Assembly (NCBI RefSeq): GCF_009914755.1
Contig: NC_060934.1
Source: the human T2T-CHM13v2.0 reference genome, Homo sapiens
Length of the DNA stretch: 64,000 bases
Direction: 5' to 3' (one strand)
Below the pieces are notes generated by a model, which was given only the letters and a program-made list of their open reading frames with translations, was not told the DNA's origin and did no database searches. Position 1 is the stretch's first letter, and every line of letters starts with the position of its first letter. This document shows positions 56,134 through 64,000 of this stretch, piece after piece. The translations under genes were made by a program, and so were the position numbers.

Positions 56134-59100
56134 TTAATAAGGAAGTCTGAGAAGTTCTGGCACCATTGTCATATGTTTCTAGCAGAGCAGAATGCCAGGG
56201 CTGGGCCATGTCTGGGGAACAGCCTCAGGATAGAGTAGACAGCATATAAGGGAACTGAGGCCAGACCCCAGGAAGAACAAAAAATATATATTTATGCAGA
56301 GAGAACAATATAAACAAGCTTCTACTGCTCTGATGATAAATGTGAGATGATTCACAGGACACTAATTCATATCTACTCTTACCATCAGAAAATATAAACA
56401 CTATTAAAACAAAATGTTTACATAGATCCAAGCTTATATTGTGAAAATAGAACTTCTCATTGTTCTCTACATGGGGGTGTGTACAACACTGGTGGACCCC
56501 GCAAGCTTGCTCAGGTACAACTCAGGTACAGGATCATTTGGGAACCCTGAGCATGGCCCCTGAGCCAATGTATAACATGATTGGTCAGGCTGGTTCTGCC
56601 TTGAATAACACAGATTCCACTTTAGCTGAGAGAAGGTAATATTTTTTTAAATTCCATTTTGGTTTATCTACACTGTTTTAGAATGTATGGGTTTCTCTAG
56701 ATCCTCTGTTACTTCAGGTGTGACATTTTATGCACGTCACTTGTTGCAGCCCACTGGTGTCCACATTCTGCCATGTGATGTGGAGGATCCTCACCTCCAT
56801 GTAGGCCCATTTCTCCTTCTCACTTTACAACATAATTTACATGCATGAAGAACTATATCAGACCATGGAGTAATTTTTGCTTCAATCATCAAACACAGTT
56901 TAGAAAAACTCAAGAAGGCCAGTCTGTCGTGTTTATCCATGTTTTTATTATTTCTATTTTTCTTCATTCCTGATGTTATGTTTCCTTATTTTATCATTTT
57001 GTTTCTGAATTAAGAACTTCCATTAGCCACACCTTTAAGAAGGTTGCTGTGTCCTTCCTTGAGTCCCAGGTCCCCCTGGCAGCCCACAGTGTGGATCTGG
57101 GATACACAGGGTGAGCACAGGCTGTAGGAGTTCTTGAAATTCTGGCAGGGGTTCTGCACTTGACCTAAGAGGTAAGGCACCAGCACTTCTGAAACCAGAC
57201 AGAATTGGATGGAAGCTGTATTTTAAGGTGATTGTCTGTATTTATGAGGATTAATCTTTTGGATAATCTGGAAGGCCTGGGGGACTCACTGGAAAGATAT
57301 GGTAATAATTTCAATAAATATTTAAGGGCTATACCAAGTTGAGGCTGGTAGGACCAGGGAGAAGCAGCTGCATGCTACATATTGAGATCATCTAAAGACA
57401 GCAAATTGATGTTTTACATGAGGTTGATTTTGAAGAGTAAGGAGGCATATCTGGTCCCCAGTCTCATCTCTGGAAAGAACTGCACCAGACCCAATCCACC
57501 CTAATTACCTGTTCTCTCCTGATTGTGAAGTCTATGAAAAGAAACACATAGGTCATTTTCAGAAAATGAAGACATGGTGTTAGTAGCAAAATCTCACTGT
57601 GGTGTGAATGAGCATTTATGAACTGTCAGGAAGGAGCCCTTCATTGCTCTGTTGTCAAGAATGGCAGACACTAAGAGCTCAGCCAGGGCTTTGACTTAAG
57701 CTCCATGTGAATAACCTTGGCCTATGCTCCCTGGACATGCAGTTCACTGTCCGCAGAGTGTGGCCAGTTTGTCTGATGGGAGGAATCACATGCACTGTGA
57801 GTCACCCCTTGCAGCAAGAAGTCCACAAACAGGACTTTTTCCTGGCAATAGTAAGTGAGGTCAGCTGGGGTGTGGAGCTGCCCAAGACTGGCTGCACACT
57901 CCAGGGATGGGAGTTTTAGTGCCCTGGAGGGAGCCTCCACCTGTGACTGCTTTAGCACTGCCCTGAGAACCATGGTCCACATGGCGCCTGTGAGCAGAGA
58001 TGGGGGAAAGAGGAGACATCACTGGGCTGCAGAGGTCAACAGGGTTGTGGAAGTGTCTTTTATTGCAATTAAGTTTTCTAGTCATGAAACCTCTTCGAGG
58101 TATAGAATCAGCTCTGAAATTCTCAAAGTGTTTTGATCATAGTATTTAAGGATTTATTTTTTTAACTGAGATTTACATTACTATGTATTTGCAGTAATGT
58201 TTTTGTTAAAAGTTGTATCGTAATGTATTTAGCCAGAACTTAGTGTCTGTGAGAAAGAAAAGATACTAGAACTTCTTACTACCTTCTAAGATATAAAGTT
58301 TAAAATTATATAATGTAACCAGTGACTTCCCTGTTTTAAAAAATCACATACTCAAAAAAATAAACTTACTGTCTGTATATTTTTGTTTTAATCAGTATAT
58401 ACTTATACATGGGTACATTAATTTCTCTCACAGTCAAATACAATTATAAAATATATATTTTGGAATAATATGTCCCACAGATTCATGATGCAATATAGTA
58501 TGAATTAATTCTTTTTTATTATAGTTGTCTAATGCTGTGTCAGCTTCTCAACAAGGGGTCAAGCCCACAAAGACCCAATGAATACACATGGCTTGAGTGT
58601 CCAGTGGAGCCCACGTGGGTGGCACCCCTTGACAACTGAATGTCTGCTGACCTAATTTCTGAAATATTTCTGCACATCAATTACCTATGTCTGCTTGGAT
58701 GAAGTTGAAAAAATTCAATAATCTCATAATAGAATCTTGAATTCTTTAATGTTCCCAGCAGTGAACCCAATGCCATGGGTGTGGTTTAAACCACCCCCAT
58801 GGTTTAAACTAAGTCTCGTATGCAGCACTACCCAGCTGCATACAAAACTCAAGAATCAGAGGTAAGAAGGTGGCTGGAAGTCATCCGGATTCTACAACAT
58901 ATATAGTGCTGGGTCAGTTAAGCTCTAAAACAATGCATTTAGTAAAATGATGGATTTATATAGGAATTTTCCAAATGGGAGGTGAGGGAAATAGCATATG
59001 GAGATTTGACAGCAGATACATTGAAAGTTAAAAAGAAAGGCAGAAATGCAAATCCCTTCTCACTCCTTCACACCTGGGGCAGTTTTGAACGGCTTGGATG

Positions 59101-59794
59101 CTAAACATACAGGAGACAAATTCAACAGCCTTATTGATTTTCACACGCTCCCCATTTTCCGAAACAAAATGAACAACAATAAAAGCGGATCCAGGGAAAA
59201 AAAGGATCAGAATGCCACAAATTCTACGGAGGCTATGGAAATAGTTTTGACTCACACTGCCTGTGACTATTATAATAAAATCAGTCACTAATATAATTTG
59301 AAATTTAGGAAAGAAACAAATTGTCTTGATAGGGTGTCTAGCTCACTGTACCTACTAAGAGAGGCTGTGAGTGCTCCGAGAGTAATTTGAATTCCACATG
59401 TGTCATTTCCCTTTAATAATTTTCTTGCCAGGCATTTTATACTTTAAAATATGTGTGGGAAATTTCTAACAATGGACCTGTTATTATTTTTTCACATTAT
59501 CTCTACATTTTTCATATTATCTATACATTCTCACTAGGGGTCTTTTCTATCAAATGAAAGGATATAAAGAAACTTCTCAGGCACCATTTTCACCCTTTGG
59601 TTCATGGGTCACTGCGCAGCGGAAAACAATGGATGTGCCTATACAGTTCATATTGGCTGGGGGCTCAGTCACTGTGGCAGATTTACTGTGGTAAAAACTA
59701 ATACCAGAAATGTTCCTCAAGAAAACAGAAAGGACCAGCTGAGTGAGACTATATCTATAAAACTGTTTTTCTCAAGAGGAGACTAAAGACTGTG

Positions 59795-60123
<329 letters not shown>

Positions 60124-60254
60124 TCATTGAAATCACTGCCTCTTATCTTGGCATAATTTGAACAACCCAAGCAGGGAGAAGACAGAGCCAGGCACATTTC
60201 CCTGCGACTTAACAACATTTCCAGGCACATTTCCCTGAGACTTAACAAGGGTGT

Positions 60255-60385
60255 TTTATTTATTTATTTATTGGAGACGGAGTTTCGCTCTTGTTGCCCA
60301 GGCTGGAGTACAGTGGCACAATCTCAGCGCACCACATCAGCCTCCCAAAGTGCTGGGATTACAGGTGTGACCACCATGCCCAACC
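60255..60385 (-). mobile_element. Internally deleted Alu (both ends present, middle missing)
   Basis: Right-arm 3' end joined to left-arm 5' end. Confidence 0.75.
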
Positions 60386-60527
60386 CACAACAGGCGTTTT
60401 AATAGTTTATGAGGCCATTGATAAACAGCTAGATTGGACTTAGGGATAAATTAATTAAGCCCTCATATTTTATTGGTGAAAAGACAGATCCCGAGAGACA
60501 ATGACAAAGATACTTGATTTCTACTGT

Positions 60528-61291
60528 TGGGTTGATCCTGGAACAATCTGGGCCTGAACTGTGCAGGTCTACTTTCAGGGGATTTTTAAAAATAAATGCA
60601 GTAGATCCATATAGGCAGTTTCCACATTTGAAACCAAATGTGGCAAGAAAATACAGTATTGGCCAGGTTCCAGGCCTACATGCACAGAGGGTCAACTTTT
60701 CCTACCCACAGGCTCCACAAGGCTGACTTCAGGACCTGGGCCTGCATGGATTTGTGCCGAGACCAGCTCGGTCGTGGAGACTCCAACCGAGCGGCACTAG
60801 AGGAATGAAGACAAAGACAAAGACACAGAAATAAAGTGCAAAGTGGGAATCGGGGATAACAGCCTTCAGAGATGAGAGCCACAAACAGAGTTTGACCCAC
60901 ATGTTTATTGACAGCAAGCCAGTGATAAGCATTGTTTCTATAGGTTATAGATTAGCTAAAAGCATTCCTTACGGGAAACAAAGCATTTTTAGCGAGGAGC
61001 AGAGAAACAGTCTCTGGCTGATTATCTGCAGCAAAAACATGTTGTTAAGGCACAGGCTGCTCATGCTATTTGTGGTTTGAGCAGTTTTCCGCTCTGGGAA
61101 GGCCAGGTGTTCCTTGCCCTGCTCCAGTAAACCAACAACTTCTTGCAGTGTGTGTCATAGCCATCACGAGCATGTCACATTGCTGCAGAAATCCTCTTTA
61201 TGGCCAGTTTCTTTAAGGCCTGTTCCCAGCAAATTTGGGTGTCCAAAGTGGGTCCTGGAACTAATCCTCTGGATACCAAGGGACGACTGTG
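60528..61291. mobile_element. Tigger3/MER8-type TcMar MITE interrupted by MER9
   Basis: ttgatcctggaacaa...gaactgtgcaggtctact and ggtcctggaactaatcctctggataccaagggacgactg ends. Confidence 0.6.
60755..61231 (-). mobile_element. MER9 solo LTR (HERV-K9/HML-3)
   Basis: Reverse complement TGCTGGGAACAGGCC...GGTCTCGGCA; TSD gatttg/aatttg. Confidence 0.82.
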
Positions 61292-62799
61292 TTTAAACCA
61301 TCGTTTGGGTTTGGAGAGATTAATGACAACAGTGGCTAAGCATGGGAAGGGTTTCTATGGTGGGACTGCATTGGACCACCTCTGAATGTGTGTATTAGCA
61401 GTTTAGTAAATAAAACAAATCTAAATTATTATTTGATTGGGGTTAGTGGGATGCAAATAATAAGATTTATTCAGAGTATCCTAAAAATTCCCCCAGTTTT
61501 ATTTAGTTTTGTGGAATTATGTCCTCTTTCTAATTTTGCAACATTTCCTTGCATGTTAAAACATTCTTCCCTGAACCCACAATGAGTCTTTTACAACACA
61601 TCTCTGATACAAGAAAAAAGATATTTCAATGAAAAACAGAGCTTGCTTTTGTACATAAGCTAAAAACAAACAAAACAAACCCAGAAGCATAGCTGCTCTG
61701 CTCATTCCCTTCTACCCAAGAGAAAAAAAGAAAATAAAGACACCATCAAGGAAACTGATGCCACAGGAAATCTTTTATTCATCATTTGGAAATTTATCAC
61801 CAGCACACTGAGGACAATAGGCCTTTCTCTCAGTTGCTTGTAGATAATTCACATCTTTGTCAAAAGACTCTCCTTCAAAAAATGTGGAAAATTGATTTCG
61901 ATGAGTTAAGGAAATACAAGTCATGAGGAATGGAGAAGAAAATAACACATAGATAATCTGTCATGTCACATTTTATGTCTAGATATTGAGGGTATCAAGG
62001 AGATGCATGCCTGGTGATGAATAAAGACAAACAGCTGATCTTGGAGGCATGGAATTGGGACTTGGAACTGCACCCTGCCCCCAGCTCCTATTCTCTTCTG
62101 TTATTGAACATCTGGAGAGACAGGCATATTGGCATCCTTGGTTTATCTACACTAAACCTCTTGCATACAGATGAGCAAACTGAGATCTAGAAAAATGAAC
62201 TGGCCCAAATTTACAGAATTAGGTGACTTTGTCACATGAGTGGGTGAAGAGTCTCAAAGATTAGTGAAGTCTAGAAGATTGTAGGAGAGTCATCAACTAA
62301 GTTATGCAAACTGTCCAATCCCCTCCCAGATTTCACATGGAGAATTTCATGGGAACAGAGCCAAATGAAGAGAGTTGGGTACACAGACGAGGGCTGGTGT
62401 GGCCATTGAGATGCCTGAGCATTTACCAGGGGATTTTTATTTTTAAAGGAAATATCTGCAGCATCTTACCAAACACTCTGCCCAGGATCTCAGAGGCTCT
62501 GAGAACACTAAGCTCTGCCTGTGTTCCTACATTATGAAAAACCAAGAGGGATGTAGCCCTTGTGCTTGTGTTTTACTGAGAGGGAGGCTCATGGCCCCAT
62601 CCAGACAACCTTAACACCCCGCCTTTGATCCCAGAGGCTGATGGAGAATGTCTTAGCCAGCTGCAGCCCTAGGTATGGTTCTAACACATGGAGGCTCCTC
62701 TGAGAAATCTACAGGGCTTCATTATGGCCATCAATAGGTCTGCTTGTCTTGCCACATTTCTGGGACTTTGCAATTTTTTTAATGGTTTGCTTTAATATT

Positions 62800-63095
<296 letters not shown>

Positions 63096-63529
63096 ATATT
63101 TGCTTCAATATTCTAACACAAAATGATAGCTTAACCTATTATCCAATATTCCCACTTCTCAATAGGATGCAACTGCTATGCTTTCTTTGAAATAATTATT
63201 TTTGAAAATATTATTTCAAAGTGTAGTCCTCCTAGACAGTGCTAATTCTATTGGGATTTTAAAGGATTACACAAAATAGCCATCACATTTCACTTAATGT
63301 GCCCTATGTAATGCAGAACCCAGCCTGCTACAGCCACTTGGGAGGCTCTCGCCCACTGTCTCCTCCAGGCTCTCTCACATGCATCAAGGCTATGATCAAA
63401 TGGGACATTCTCACTCCATCCCCTCCTAACCCCCAATTCAGATTGTAGCCCACCCCTCAGCAGTCCCTATCCGCTTTTCTTCATTTTGTTCCATAACTTT
63501 TGACACCTTCCAACATTCTACAGTTGTGC

Positions 63530-63832
63530 TTTTTTTTTTTTTTTTTTTTTGAGAGAGAGTCTAGCTCTGTCGCCCAGGCCAGAGAGCAGTGGCATGATCT
63601 TGGCTCACTGCAAGCTCCGCCTCCTGGGTTCACACCATTCTCCTGCCTCAGCCTCCCGAGTAAATGGGACTACAGGTGCATGCTACGACACCTGGCTAGT
63701 TTTTTTGTATTTTTAGTAGCGACGGGGTTTCACCATGTTAGCCAGGATGATCTCAATCTCCTGACCTCGTGATCCGCCCGCCTTGGTCTCCCAAAGTGCT
63801 GGGATTACAGGCGTGAGCCACCGCACATGCCC
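63530..63832 (-). mobile_element. Alu (Y-like)
   Basis: ctgcaagctccgcctcc, cacaccattctcc diagnostics. Confidence 0.88.
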
Positions 63833-64000
63833 GGTTTTGCTAATTTCTTTAGTGAACTATTTGCTCTTCTGCACAAAATTGTAAGTTCCACGGGGATAGA
63901 ATTTTTTTTATGGCTTTATTCTTTGCGTTATGTCCAGTGCCTAGAAAAGTACCTGGTAAGTGTTGTGAAGTATTTCCTGAATAGAGGTTGAATGTTGTGA

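Noticed and set aside
57722-58000. Minus-strand ORF with SLECAAS and DLTYYC plus a downstream CACAGTG, suggesting an Ig/TCR V segment with an RSS
   Set aside because: Only about 17 residues separate the cysteines (about 65-70 expected), there is no conserved Trp, and the heptamer-nonamer spacer is 18-20 nt rather than 12 or 23. Probably coincidence.

Overview
Primate (very likely human, chr10p11) genomic DNA containing the complete KRAB-C2H2 zinc-finger gene ZNF37A on the + strand. It has a CpG-island promoter (~8.2-9.1 kb) with a triplicated ZNF143-type motif, non-coding 5' exons, and coding exons at 10599-10613, 28737-28863 (KRAB-A), 29175-29270 (KRAB-B) and 31370-32817, which give 561 aa with 10 intact fingers. 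A long repeat-rich 3' UTR follows. The rest of the window is mostly interspersed repeats (about 28 Alus, L1PA/L1PB/L1M, MER11, MER9, MER4, MER21, MST/THE1 LTRs, MER58, Tigger), plus an FXYD6 processed pseudogene. There are no RNA genes, CRISPR arrays or prokaryotic systems. The most unusual observations are: (1) a highly decayed hAT-type transposase reading frame running head-to-head from the ZNF37A promoter and split exactly by the FXYD6 retrocopy; (2) three separate 150-270 bp non-tandem local templated duplications, one of which may supply the gene's distal poly(A) signal; (3) two routes to KRAB-only isoforms, one via an exon built from Tigger/MER9 sequence; (4) several retrotransposition events with deletions or nesting. 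Repeat subfamily names come from recalled consensus sequences, not from a search.
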